From: Opitutales bacterium
GTDB lineage: Bacteria; Verrucomicrobiota; Verrucomicrobiia; Opitutales; Opitutaceae
Length of the DNA stretch: 64,000 nt
NCBI GenBank assembly: GCA_038212175.1
Contig: JBBQUU010000021.1
Location: 1,969 to 65,968, forward strand
Direction of reading: 5' to 3'
Shown here: piece by piece, positions 53,938 to 63,129 of the stretch
Layout: the number at the start of each line of letters is the position of its first letter
How positions within the stretch are numbered: position 1 is the first letter of the stretch
Notes under the pieces: generated by a model
Told to the model about the DNA's origin: nothing
Databases searched by the model: none
What the model saw: the letters and a program-made list of their open reading frames with translations, nothing else
Made by a program: the position numbers and the translations under genes

Positions 53938-54813
53938 TCAGACGGCACCCAGCCCGGGCCGTCGTATCCGTTCGGTAAACACAGTCGCCTTGAGAGAGGT
54001 GGTTTTGATGCCGTCTCCGAAATAAAGTCCGCTGACGGGCATCACGCCGCGCGGATGATTGCTCACGCCGCAGACGATGTGGCTCGCCGTCGACGAGCGC
54101 CCGAGCATCGGATCGAACCCCCGCCATCCCAACTCCGGCAGGTACGCCTCGACCCACGCATGGGTCGTCGCTTTGCCCTCCCGTGAAGCCTCACCTTCCA
54201 GATAGCCGCTCGCGAATCGCATGGGGTAACCCATTTCGCGGCCGGCTTCGAGAAACAGCGCCGCCATGTCGCGGCAGGATCCTTTGCGCAGAGCGAGGGT
54301 TTCGGCCGGCGATTGCACGCCTTTCTCCTCGCGCCGCGTGTAGCGGATCTCCTCGCGGATACGGTCGCACAGCGTCCCCAAGGTGCCGCCCCCGCCCTCC
54401 TTGACGGTCACTGGCGACGCTTCAAGCCACGATCGCACGGCAGCGCGATCGTCGGGGTAAACGGAGGCACGGTAAGCATCGGCCACCGCCGACTCCAAAG
54501 GAGCGTAACTCACCGCGTCGTCCCAAAAAGCAGGCAGCGGCGGAGACGGATCGGCGAGGCTGCGCCAGAGGATCGACTCGGCCACGATCGAGAGGTGATC
54601 GGATCGGCAGGCAAACTCGGGGATGTGTGCCACCGAGTTCCCAAAGATATCCCGGCACCATTCGACCTCCCCCTCCGGCTCGCACCGCAGTTCAAAATCC
54701 TCCACCCGAACATCGTGGCCCTCCCGGGGGCGCACCACCAGACGATGCGGCCCGATCGTGACGAGATCGGAATAGTGATAGACGGTGGTGTGTCGTAGTC
54801 GCAGCCAGCTCAT
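53938..54813 (-). CDS. Transglutaminase-family protein (Bact_transglu_N + core)
   Basis: MSWLRLRHTTVYHYS..., GSCRDMAALFLEAGREMGYPMRFASGYL...THAWVEAYLPELGWRGFDP. Confidence 0.8.
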   Translation of the reverse strand: MSWLRLRHTTVYHYSDLVTIGPHRLVVRPREGHDVRVEDFELRCEPEGEVEWCRDIFGNSVAHIPEFACRSDHLSIVAESILWRSLADPSPPLPAFWDDAVSYAPLESAVADAYRASVYPDDRAAVRSWLEASPVTVKEGGGGTLGTLCDRIREEIRYTRREEKGVQSPAETLALRKGSCRDMAALFLEAGREMGYPMRFASGYLEGEASREGKATTHAWVEAYLPELGWRGFDPMLGRSSTASHIVCGVSNHPRGVMPVSGLYFGDGIKTTSLKATVFTERIRRPGLGAV

Positions 54814-54904
54814 GATCGAATCCTCGGGACGCGACTTCCTTGGTGGAGGCGCCCTCGCGTTTGTCCCTGCCCGAGCCCGAGGGTTCCCTCCGCGGAAAGC
54901 GCCA

Positions 54905-55063
54905 CTAGATGTGCCCGAGCAACATCATGATCAAGAGGACGACCAAAATCAGCCCCAGGATTCCGCTGGGCCCGTAGCCCCAGCTACGACTGTAAGGCCA
55001 GCTTGGGATGACACCGATCACCAAGAGAAGGAGGACGACGAGGAGGATGGCAGTGGTGCTCAT
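54905..55063 (-). CDS. DUF3309-family small membrane protein (52 aa; below the ORF-track cutoff)
   Basis: Own translation: MSTTAILLVVLLLLVIGVIPSWPYSRSWGYGPSGILGLILVVLLIMMLLGHI. The central PxWPYSRxWGYxPSG motif is family-typical. Confidence 0.65.
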   Translation of the reverse strand: MSTTAILLVVLLLLVIGVIPSWPYSRSWGYGPSGILGLILVVLLIMMLLGHI

Positions 55064-55118
55064 GATGGAATGCAGGGTTGATTTTGAGGTTTGCGAACGA
55101 GCGAGAGGATAAGACGTC

Positions 55119-56483
55119 CTACCCCGTCAGGGACGCTCCGACATCGGGATCGAAAGGAACCGTGGACCCGCCCTGTTTGCGCCGACGGCGGTAAAGCGTG
55201 GTTTTGTCGATGCCCAGGAGGCGCGCCGCCTGGACAAAGCTTTCCGCCTTCTCGAGCACGCACCGAATGTGCGCGTCTTCGAGGGCGGCAAGGGTCACGA
55301 AGTCGCCCACCTGCGGCACGGACGCAACACCACTTGCCGTCAGTTCTCCCAGATCGTCCAACCCCACGCGATCATCCTCGCACAGGATCACCGCCCTCTC
55401 GACGTAGTTGCGCAATTCGCGGAGGTTGCCGGGCCACGGATGCCGCAGGAGTGCGGTTCGCGCCTCCTCGGTGAAGTCCCGAGGCAGTTTTCGTCCGCTC
55501 GCCGCCACGAACTCGGCGAGCAGATGTTCGGCCAGAGGCACGATGTCCTCCGGTCGATGGCGAAGCGGAGGCATTTCGATCGCGATCACGTTCAACCGGA
55601 AGTACAGATCTTCCCTGAACCGGCCCGCCGCGACTTCCGCGGCGAGATCGCGGTTCGTTGCCGCTATGATCCGCAGGTCCGCCACGCGCGTCCGGGCCTC
55701 ACCCACCCGTTCATAGCGCCGCTCCTGAATCAACCGCAGAAGCTTCGATTGAATGGGGAGGGGCAATTCACCGATCTCATCGAGAAAAAGAGTTCCCCCT
55801 TGCGCCGCCGCCACCAAGCCCGCCGCATCGGAGACGGCGCCCGTAAACGCGCCCCGCACGTGGCCGAAGAGTTCGCTTTCCAAGAGCTGCGTTTGCAGAC
55901 ACGGGCAGTTCACGGTGACGAAAGGTCGCGCCGCGCGCATGCTTTTTTCGTGAATGTATTCCGCCAGACGGGTCTTGCCCGTGCCGTTCTCGCCCAGCAA
56001 GAGCACGTTGACCGAGGTCGGCGCCACCTTGGCGGCGACCGCGAGCCGCCGTCGCATCAGGGCGCTGCGCGTGGACTGCGTGTCGTCGGAGGACACGTCC
56101 GGCGACGGCTGCGAACGCATGGGCTCCAGAGCGGTCGACCGCGCGTTGCGTTGCAGCGACGAACGCAGCGCATCGACCTCAACCGGCTTTTCAACCACTT
56201 GGGTGACGCCGGTGAGGCCGGACGCCTTCACGGCGGCCTCGCTCGCCGCCATCACCACCACCGGCATGTGCGGTGCCAGGGTGTGAAGCTCCGTCAACAG
56301 GGCAACAGCGGGAGTCGTCTTCATCTCCCAATCCAACACCGCGATTTCGATTTCACCATCGGCCAGAATGCGACCGACATCGGAGGAAGACGTGGCGACC
56401 CGCGCCTGCTCTTCAGGAAGGATCAGCCCCAACGCCAGCAGGCGCCGCATACGGGCTTCGTCGCCCACGAGTATAATCTTCAT
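55119..56483 (-). CDS. Sigma-54-dependent response regulator (NtrC-family bacterial enhancer-binding protein)
   Basis: Receiver domain, then AAA+ domain (GENGTGKT, ESELFGHVRGAFTGA, LFLDEIGELP) and a C-terminal Fis-type HTH (AARLLGIDKTTLYRR). Confidence 0.9.
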   Translation of the reverse strand: MKIILVGDEARMRRLLALGLILPEEQARVATSSSDVGRILADGEIEIAVLDWEMKTTPAVALLTELHTLAPHMPVVVMAASEAAVKASGLTGVTQVVEKPVEVDALRSSLQRNARSTALEPMRSQPSPDVSSDDTQSTRSALMRRRLAVAAKVAPTSVNVLLLGENGTGKTRLAEYIHEKSMRAARPFVTVNCPCLQTQLLESELFGHVRGAFTGAVSDAAGLVAAAQGGTLFLDEIGELPLPIQSKLLRLIQERRYERVGEARTRVADLRIIAATNRDLAAEVAAGRFREDLYFRLNVIAIEMPPLRHRPEDIVPLAEHLLAEFVAASGRKLPRDFTEEARTALLRHPWPGNLRELRNYVERAVILCEDDRVGLDDLGELTASGVASVPQVGDFVTLAALEDAHIRCVLEKAESFVQAARLLGIDKTTLYRRRRKQGGSTVPFDPDVGASLTG

Positions 56484-56662
56484 AGGACAAACGTGTCAGG
56501 CTAGCCGTTTGGTTTTCTTGGATGGCACTGAATGAGTATGCCTCGGGACGACGCGCCAGTGAATCGGGGGCACTGCCAAACGCGCCTTGGTGGAAATTCC
56601 CAACCCATCGACGCCGGGCTCCCTGCCGCGGTTTCGCCGCAGCCCGCCTGCGTGCAGCCCGC

Positions 56663-57190
56663 TCAGGCGTGCGCAAACGCGAACGGACTCACCGAACTGC
56701 GCTCGACCGCAGACAAGGCGTGAAGGATATCAATGCTTCGTCGTGTAAGCGGAAGTAGTTCGGCCCGGATGAGACCTTTGCAGCCCAACATCCTCTTTTC
56801 GCTCTCCAAAACCGAAGTGTATCGCTCCAGCGCGCGTTCCTCACGGCTTTGCAGCGCGTCCAAGCTCAGCACCAACGCCGGATCCTCCTGGAAGTCCGCA
56901 GTCTCTTCGGAGATCTCCCCCCATCGGCAATCCTGCTCCCACGAGATCCCGCCCACATCGAGCAGTTTCGTGCGGAGCAAATCAACCGCCCGCTCATGGG
57001 CCGCCTGGACTTTGAATAATCCCTCCGAAATGGGACGCCGACGGGTCGCGCGGGTGGCCCTGCCATAAATACGAACCATCGCGACTTCCTCCCGCAGCAG
57101 ACCATTGCAGAAGTGAATGCAGTCTTCGATGGTAGTCTCGCCTGCTGTGTCGGAAGGGGCGTGCCGCAAAGTTCGAGAGTTCATATTCAA
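56663..57190 (-). CDS. Hypothetical protein, possibly DUF2383/PA2169-like four-helix ferritin-fold
   Basis: 175 aa, helical. The pattern ...CNGLLREEVAMVRIY...QAAHERAVDLLRTKLLDVGG...REERALERYTSVLE... loosely fits that family. Confidence 0.4.
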   Translation of the reverse strand: MNMNSRTLRHAPSDTAGETTIEDCIHFCNGLLREEVAMVRIYGRATRATRRRPISEGLFKVQAAHERAVDLLRTKLLDVGGISWEQDCRWGEISEETADFQEDPALVLSLDALQSREERALERYTSVLESEKRMLGCKGLIRAELLPLTRRSIDILHALSAVERSSVSPFAFAHA

Positions 57191-57344
57191 AGAGAATAGT
57201 CCGATCGACGCGCCTCGGGCATCAGGGATGAATCCGATTCATTCCTAGGGGAGGGGTGCAAAAGGCTCCTGCAATCGTTCGACCCGATGTCTGTTTAAAG
57301 GACCCCCGGTAGAGGATTTTCCACGCGGGCGTAGAATCCGGCGC

Positions 57345-57545
57345 ATGCAAACCAAACTCCTCAGTCGTGATGCGGGCACCGAATATGCGCTCATTTTCGA
57401 AAAGGGCGACGAAGTCGTGTCCCTGCTCACCGCCTTCGCGCGCAAGGAAAAGATTCCCTTGGAATTAATGCTGACCCGAGTCGGTGCCTTGAATCGAACG
57501 TACGACCCCGAAAGTGGCCTGGCTTTAATCGCTCCGGATGCCTGA
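57345..57545 (+). pseudogene. PPC/DUF296-domain gene with an apparent in-frame internal deletion (66 aa versus ~140)
   Basis: The N-terminus MQTKLLSRDAGTEYALIFEKGDEVVSLLTAFARKEKIP joins directly to a C-terminal-type end LELMLTRVGALNRTYDPESGLALI. A family-A repeat follows immediately. Confidence 0.45.
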
Positions 57546-57560
57546 GGCGGCGGACTCTTA

Positions 57561-57635
57561 CTGCAGTTGTAGTCTGCGGTGCAGCTGTAGCCGCCGGTGC
57601 AGCTGTAGCCGCGGCGCCGACCGCAGTCGGTTGGC
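57561..57635 (+). repeat. Family-A variant: three 17-18-bp units, then the hairpin module
   Basis: tgcagttgtagtctgcgg tgcagctgtagccgccgg tgcagctgtagccgcgg cgccgaccgcagtcggttggc. Confidence 0.75.
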
Positions 57636-57767
57636 TCGCCTTCAGGCACAAGGCCGGAGCCCTCATCGCGAAGGCACTGCTCCAAAACTCGCTGCGCATG
57701 CCGAAGCCCGGACCCGGGATCCTCGCCCGGGCCGGAGAGTGCGGCGATGGCTGGCACGGTTCTGCCG

Positions 57768-58079
57768 TCAGCGCAGAAGTTGTTCAGTCCCACGGGGCGG
57801 ATTGCCCAGTTCCTGAATCCTATCGGCTGCGCTCCCGTGGTTGCCCACGAGCGGCGAATCGTCCCCTCCGTTCGTGGCTGCGGCTGGCGATTTGCTCAGC
57901 TGACGTTCGGCTTCAAGCCAGATTTCCTCGTCCCGCCCCACGGGGCTCCCGTTGCTTTCCCAAAGCTCCCTGGCCCGTCGCGTTATTTGTTCATGCGTGG
58001 GCTGAGCGACGGTTGCGGGGCGGCTGGCGCCAGGCGCCAGGGAAGATTTGACGACAGTCTTGGTTCTCATCGCGCGCAT
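57768..58079 (-). CDS. DUF2934-domain protein
   Basis: Start taken at MRAMRTK. ITRRARELWESNGSPVGRDEEIWLEAERQL. Confidence 0.65.
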   Translation of the reverse strand: MRAMRTKTVVKSSLAPGASRPATVAQPTHEQITRRARELWESNGSPVGRDEEIWLEAERQLSKSPAAATNGGDDSPLVGNHGSAADRIQELGNPPRGTEQLLR

Positions 58080-58441
58080 TCTAAATCGGCCACCGCGAAC
58101 CTTCCATCGGGGCGAATCCCAATTCACGATGGGGTGCGACCCCGTGGTCGTTCCAGCACGGGCTAATAGGCCCACCTCGCCATCACCGTCACCGACCTGT
58201 CCACTGCGGTGCGTTGGGTTGAATCACCGTATTCATTGTGTTCGTCATGCAGCAGGTTTCGGCCACTGACGGAGTAACTGAGACGGAGCCATCGGGAAAA
58301 TGCTTGGACACCGTGAGGGATTCCCCCCATGAACAGAGAACTTCACGGTAGACCACGCTGGAATTGCTCACCTCTCTTGTGGCCTATGTGAATGTCAAAC
58401 TACCTTTGCATGGGGTCGCCCCACACACCGCCATCTCCCGA

Positions 58442-58846
58442 ATGCAATCTCCCATCCTACTCGTCGAAGACAATGAGGATGACCGCTTCTTCATGGTGCG
58501 CGCCCTAAAAAAGGCGGGGATCACGCGCCCACTTCACGTGGTCAGCGATGGCCGTGAGGCAATCGAGTACCTGACCGGTGTAGGCAAGAAGCAAGGCACC
58601 CTCGCCAAGCCTCTTCCTCCCGTGGTCTTCCTTGACCTAAAGCTTCCCTTTGTTTCCGGCCACGAGGTTCTCGCGTGGATTCGGAATCAAGCCCACCTCG
58701 CCGACCTAAGGGTGGTCATATTGAGTTCCTCGAACGAAGAGGTGGATGTCACCCGCGCCGCCAAGCTCGGGGCCGACCGTTATCTGGAGAAACCACCGAC
58801 GCCCAAGGTGCTGCTCGAACTCGCGGCCGCCTTCGGTTTCTCCTAG
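58442..58846 (+). CDS. CheY-like single-domain response regulator
   Basis: Start at MQSPILLVEDNEDD (ATG 58442). VVFLDLKLPFVSGHEVL, VVILSSS, YLEKP. Confidence 0.85.
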   Translation: MQSPILLVEDNEDDRFFMVRALKKAGITRPLHVVSDGREAIEYLTGVGKKQGTLAKPLPPVVFLDLKLPFVSGHEVLAWIRNQAHLADLRVVILSSSNEEVDVTRAAKLGADRYLEKPPTPKVLLELAAAFGFS

Positions 58847-59042
58847 TCTGCAGTGCCGCAGAAACGCCGGGGCGCCTTTCCTCCTTCTTAAGCCGGAAGC
58901 ATTCAGCCGTGGCAAACCGCCCCGTCGCCGCCGTATGTCCATGCAGAATGCATCGCCACATCGCGGCAATCGCAACCGTCGTGGAAGAGATCAATTTTAC
59001 TAGTAGCTAAATGGCACTCGCTTACGTCAGCGGAGGTATCGC

Positions 59043-59058
59043 TGGCACGAACAATGCA
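59043..59058 (+). promoter_or_regulatory. Sigma-54 (-24/-12) promoter candidate upstream of the csbD-like gene
   Basis: TGGCACGAACAATGCA versus consensus TGGCACG-N4-TTGCW. GG and GC have correct spacing, with one mismatch. It lies 79 nt before ATG 59137. Confidence 0.55.
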
Positions 59059-59136
59059 ATCGCTGGGAACGAGGTTGATGGTCACATACGGCCAGCCCTC
59101 GTCTTGTTAAAGAGCAATCCTCAATCCACACCGCTT

Positions 59137-59331
59137 ATGAATAAGACTTCGATGAAAGGAAACTGGAACATCACCAAGGGAAAACTGAAGCAAAAGTACT
59201 CCCAATTGACCGACGACGATCTGAAGTACGTCGAAGGCAAGGAGGATGAGCTGATCGGACGCATCCAAAAACGCACCGGCGAGACCCGCGAGAATCTTGA
59301 CCGCATGATGCGCGAAAATTCAGACACCTGA
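59137..59331 (+). CDS. csbD: CsbD-family stress protein
   Basis: 64 aa. KGNWNITKGKLKQKYSQLTDDDLKYVEGKEDELIGRIQKRTGETRE. Confidence 0.85.
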   Translation: MNKTSMKGNWNITKGKLKQKYSQLTDDDLKYVEGKEDELIGRIQKRTGETRENLDRMMRENSDT

Positions 59332-59616
59332 GTCCGCGTTTATTCGCGGGTGACGAATGAGACGCGGCGCCCGGCTCGGGTCGCCGCGTCTTTCTAACCT
59401 CCGTAACCATTCTTCTCCACTGCAGGGAAGGTGGATTTACGGTCTTGCAGGATGGCCAGTTGAAAACTCGAGAGTGGCTTCACGAAATACCCGGTCGCCC
59501 CGTGCTGCGCCGCCTGCTCGCGATCGCGCGTTTCGTCGGAAGAATGAACGTTTTGACCGCCGAACGCGCACAAGGCAACGCCATCCCGACAAAATTGTGG
59601 CTAATCCGGCCGACCG

Positions 59617-60840
59617 CTATCCGGTCGCCCCGGCCTCGGGCTCTCCGCCATCCGCGTTACTTGCCTCATAGGCGGGGAGAACCACCCAGAAAATCGACCC
59701 TTCGTCCAAGGCCGAATCCACCCCGATCGCCCCCCCCATTCGTTCGACGGCCTTTTTTGCAATAGCCAAACCGATACCCGTTCCGGGAAAAGGGTTTCGG
59801 GACGCGCGCTCAAAGATGCCGAAAATACGCGCGTGCTGTTCCGGCGCCACACCGACTCCGTGGTCGCTCACGGTGATTCGAACCTGCCCCTCCCGGGTGG
59901 ACGCACTGATCACCACGCTCGGGTCCTCGCCTTTGCGGACAAATTTGAGCGAGTTTTCGATGAGGTTGGAGAAGATTTGCGTCAACGAAGGGTGGTGCCC
60001 CAAGACCACGCCCAAGGGACGGTGGATCGTGATGCAATTCTTGAGGCGCAGGATGGTCGGATACTGTTCGATGACATCGGCCAGAACCATGTCCAGATCC
60101 ACCGGCTGTAGAACCAGCTCCGCGCGGGACACCCGCGTGTACGCGAGCAAATCCTGTGTCAGGCGATCCATCCGCAGCGCCGTTTTCGAAATGCGGTTCA
60201 ACAGTTCCTGTGCCCCGGGGGTCAAGGTATCGGCGTAATCTTCCATCAACACCTGGGCGTAACCGCCGATGATGCTCAGCGGACCGCGAAGATCATGCGA
60301 AACACTGTAGGAAAAAGCCTCAAGCTCCTCGACCATCAGACGGAGGTTCTCGGTGCGCTCGGTCACCCGCTGCTCGAGGCTGTCCAAGAGTCGCTGACGT
60401 TCGGCCAGCATGTCGCGCAATTGATATTGTCGCCGTCGCGCCCGCAAGGCGGTGTTCACCGCGGCAATCAACGTGGGAATCCGCAACGGCCGCTCGACCA
60501 GCGCGAGATTCATATCCGGCCCCAAATGCCTGACCAGTTCCGCGCTGTAGTGCCCGTTGCGTGCACCACTCACGATCATGACAACGGGCAGGTCTGACCA
60601 CGGAGGTTGGCCCGTTAAACCGTCGATCAGCAGCTGGCGTCCACTCCCAACAAAACCGTCCTCGGTCAGCAAAAGAACCCCGCAGCCCTCCCCGACCGCC
60701 TGCAGGCCCGAACTCAAGTTCGGCTGAACCACCGACGATAAACCGGCTTGCTCGAGTACGGCTCGCATATTTGCAGCGTCCGAACCGATCGGCGCGACAA
60801 TGACTATCCGACACTCCAGCGTGTCGTCCGGCTCACTCAT
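59617..60840 (-). CDS. Histidine kinase with an N-terminal receiver-like domain (REC-like - HisKA - HATPase)
   Basis: H-box FSYSVSHDLRGPL, plus DHGVGV and GTGIGLAIAKK. 8-bp overlap with the upstream KaiC-like gene. Confidence 0.85.
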   Translation of the reverse strand: MSEPDDTLECRIVIVAPIGSDAANMRAVLEQAGLSSVVQPNLSSGLQAVGEGCGVLLLTEDGFVGSGRQLLIDGLTGQPPWSDLPVVMIVSGARNGHYSAELVRHLGPDMNLALVERPLRIPTLIAAVNTALRARRRQYQLRDMLAERQRLLDSLEQRVTERTENLRLMVEELEAFSYSVSHDLRGPLSIIGGYAQVLMEDYADTLTPGAQELLNRISKTALRMDRLTQDLLAYTRVSRAELVLQPVDLDMVLADVIEQYPTILRLKNCITIHRPLGVVLGHHPSLTQIFSNLIENSLKFVRKGEDPSVVISASTREGQVRITVSDHGVGVAPEQHARIFGIFERASRNPFPGTGIGLAIAKKAVERMGGAIGVDSALDEGSIFWVVLPAYEASNADGGEPEAGATG

Positions 60841-62374
60841 CGGTCAGCATGTGTTCGGACTTACCCGTGAACGTGGGCACGCCGGTCAACACACCTTGGA
60901 ACTCCTCCAACGGACCACCGACCTGTATGCCAAGGTGATTTATTTTCAACTCGCGCAGGGTGTTTTCGTGCCCACCCAGGCGCTTCTTGATGACAGAGAC
61001 CGCCTTTCGCACCCGACCCTGGTGCTCGAAATAGCGCAGCAGGATCACCGTATCGGCCAGGTACGTCATATCGACAGGGCTCTGCGTGCGTCCAATTATC
61101 CCGGCTTGGGCCATCGTAATTAAGGTCACTACACCATGATGAGATAAGAACGCAAAAAGATCATGCAACTGAACCTTCAAGAACTTCACGTCCGGCATCG
61201 CTTCGAAATATCCGTTGACGCTGTCGATGATCACAACCCGAACGCCTGCATTCTCGACCCGATCCCGGATCATGTGACTGAACTGTCCGGGCGCGATCTC
61301 TGCGGCGGGAACCTCCAGCAACTCCATCAATCCTGCGTCCACGGGACCGTCGAGGCGCATTCCCGACGTTGCGGCCCTGGCGAGAACAGCGCGTCGATTC
61401 TCTTCAAAGAGGACGACGAGCGATTTTTCTCCTCGGGCCGCGGCGGCAAGGGCGAATTGCAGGGCGAGGGTCGATTTTCCGGTGCCGGCAGGTCCGCTCA
61501 ACAGGCAACTGGTGCCAGAATTCAAACCGCCCCCGAGCAGCTCATCCAAGGCGGGCACGCCGCTACGCGCGACCCCCCCTTCAAACGGCTCCAATTGATC
61601 GTCGGGAATCAGCCGCGAAAAAACTTGAAAGCCTCCCGGAACGATCACGGCGTCATGGTAGCCATCGACGAAGTTCACCCCACGCACCTTCACGATCTTG
61701 ATCCGGCGCAATGACGCCCCGTATTCGGACTCGACTTGCTCGAGTTTGATTACGCCGTGCGCGATGCTCTGCACCTGTGGATCTCCCCCCTCCGACACGT
61801 GATCGTCCAGCAGAATGGCGGTGATCTTTCGTCCGGCGAGAAATTGCTTCAGGGAGAGAATCTGCCGCCGGTACCGCAGCGGAGTATCGGAGAGCAAACG
61901 CAGCTCGGACAACGAATCGATGACCAAGCGTGCCGGCCGCGATGCGATGATGCGTTCCTGCAGGATCTCCGTCGTCCGGTTGAGTTCCAATTCCGAGGGA
62001 TGAAACACGGTGTTCTGCGCTTCTTGCGCCAACTGCTGTTCCAGAGCGGAGAGTTCAAAGATATCGAGCCCGCTCATGTCCCATCCGTGCGACGTTGCCA
62101 CGGCCTCGATCTCCTCACGCGTCTCGGAGAGCGTGATGTAAAGGCTGCGTTCGCCCCGTTTCACGCCTTCGAGCAGGTACTGCAAACCCAAGGTTGTCTT
62201 ACCGACACCCGGGCGTCCTTTAACAAGGTAAATACGATGCGCGGGCAACCCGCCCCCAAGGAGCGTATCCAGCCCCTTCACCCCCGTCGCAGACAGTTCG
62301 ATCAGGGCACGTTCGTCTAGGTGGTATTGGCGTTTCATAAATCGATTAAACCCACTGAAGATTCTATGCTCCAT
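60833..62374 (-). CDS. kaiC: KaiC-family double RecA-like ATPase
   Basis: 513 aa. Two Walker A motifs (GRPGVGKTTLGLQYL and GPAGTGKSTLALQFA), two Walker B-like motifs (RLVIDSLSEL and VVIIDSVNGY), and acidic pairs after each (LSETREE, LFEENRR). Confidence 0.8.
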   Translation of the reverse strand: MEHRIFSGFNRFMKRQYHLDERALIELSATGVKGLDTLLGGGLPAHRIYLVKGRPGVGKTTLGLQYLLEGVKRGERSLYITLSETREEIEAVATSHGWDMSGLDIFELSALEQQLAQEAQNTVFHPSELELNRTTEILQERIIASRPARLVIDSLSELRLLSDTPLRYRRQILSLKQFLAGRKITAILLDDHVSEGGDPQVQSIAHGVIKLEQVESEYGASLRRIKIVKVRGVNFVDGYHDAVIVPGGFQVFSRLIPDDQLEPFEGGVARSGVPALDELLGGGLNSGTSCLLSGPAGTGKSTLALQFALAAAARGEKSLVVLFEENRRAVLARAATSGMRLDGPVDAGLMELLEVPAAEIAPGQFSHMIRDRVENAGVRVVIIDSVNGYFEAMPDVKFLKVQLHDLFAFLSHHGVVTLITMAQAGIIGRTQSPVDMTYLADTVILLRYFEHQGRVRKAVSVIKKRLGGHENTLRELKINHLGIQVGGPLEEFQGVLTGVPTFTGKSEHMLTDE

Positions 62375-62633
62375 GGGTTTCCTTTAGAAACCAGCCAAGT
62401 CAACTATGTTCCGAGCCTGCGTATTTTCAGTCTCCGTTTGATTCATTGCTGATTGTAAGGGAGGAAGAGCTCGCCACCCATCCGGCATCAACCGGACTTT
62501 GAGGTAAGGAAACGCAGTCCTCTGTTGTTTTCGCCCGGTGGCGTCTCCCGCCGGGTCCAAGTGACCGATTCATCTCCCCGGAATCTACCCGATGGCCGCG
62601 ACATCGTCGACGAATTAGAATGAAGTTCATCCT

Positions 62634-63020
62634 ATGAACTCCGTGAACCCCTCGCGCCGAAAGCAGAATTCCACCGCAGCCGGAAACGTTTCCAGCGACC
62701 CGTCGCGCAACGACGCTCCGCCGCAGACTTCAGCAGCCTCGGGCGGGCTTCGCACTCAACCGCTGCAGGAAAAAATCACCCGTGCGGCGCGGGATCTTTG
62801 GCAGCGGTACGGCTCCCCCGCGGGACGCGACGAGGAGATCTGGTTGGAAGCCGAGCGCCAAGTCCTAGGCACGGATCCCGAAATCGCCCGGGTGGAGGGT
62901 GGGAGTGTGTCAGCCGAGAACCTGCGGGAAGCAGGCTCGGCCGCGCTCAAGCCACCCTCTGCGGCACACCCTTCGTCCCCGGGCGGCACGAAGCCTCCCA
63001 CCCGCCGGCGCTCAGTCTAA
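62634..63020 (+). CDS. DUF2934-domain protein (paralog of 57768..58079)
   Basis: ITRAARDLWQRYGSPAGRDEEIWLEAERQVL. Confidence 0.7.
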   Translation: MNSVNPSRRKQNSTAAGNVSSDPSRNDAPPQTSAASGGLRTQPLQEKITRAARDLWQRYGSPAGRDEEIWLEAERQVLGTDPEIARVEGGSVSAENLREAGSAALKPPSAAHPSSPGGTKPPTRRRSV

Positions 63021-63129
63021 ACCGACGAATCGGAAGCGTTGTGTTTGCATACCGGGAAATCCCCCAACCTCTCCCTCATGTCGCACCGGATACTCACAAT
63101 GCGTCTGGCTGGGTTAATCTCCATTCCCG

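Noticed and set aside
58189-58371. A 60-aa minus-strand ORF in the lower-GC spacer upstream of the CheY-like regulator.
   Set aside because: It has no motif, no ribosome-binding context that I can recognise, and a composition consistent with non-coding spacer.
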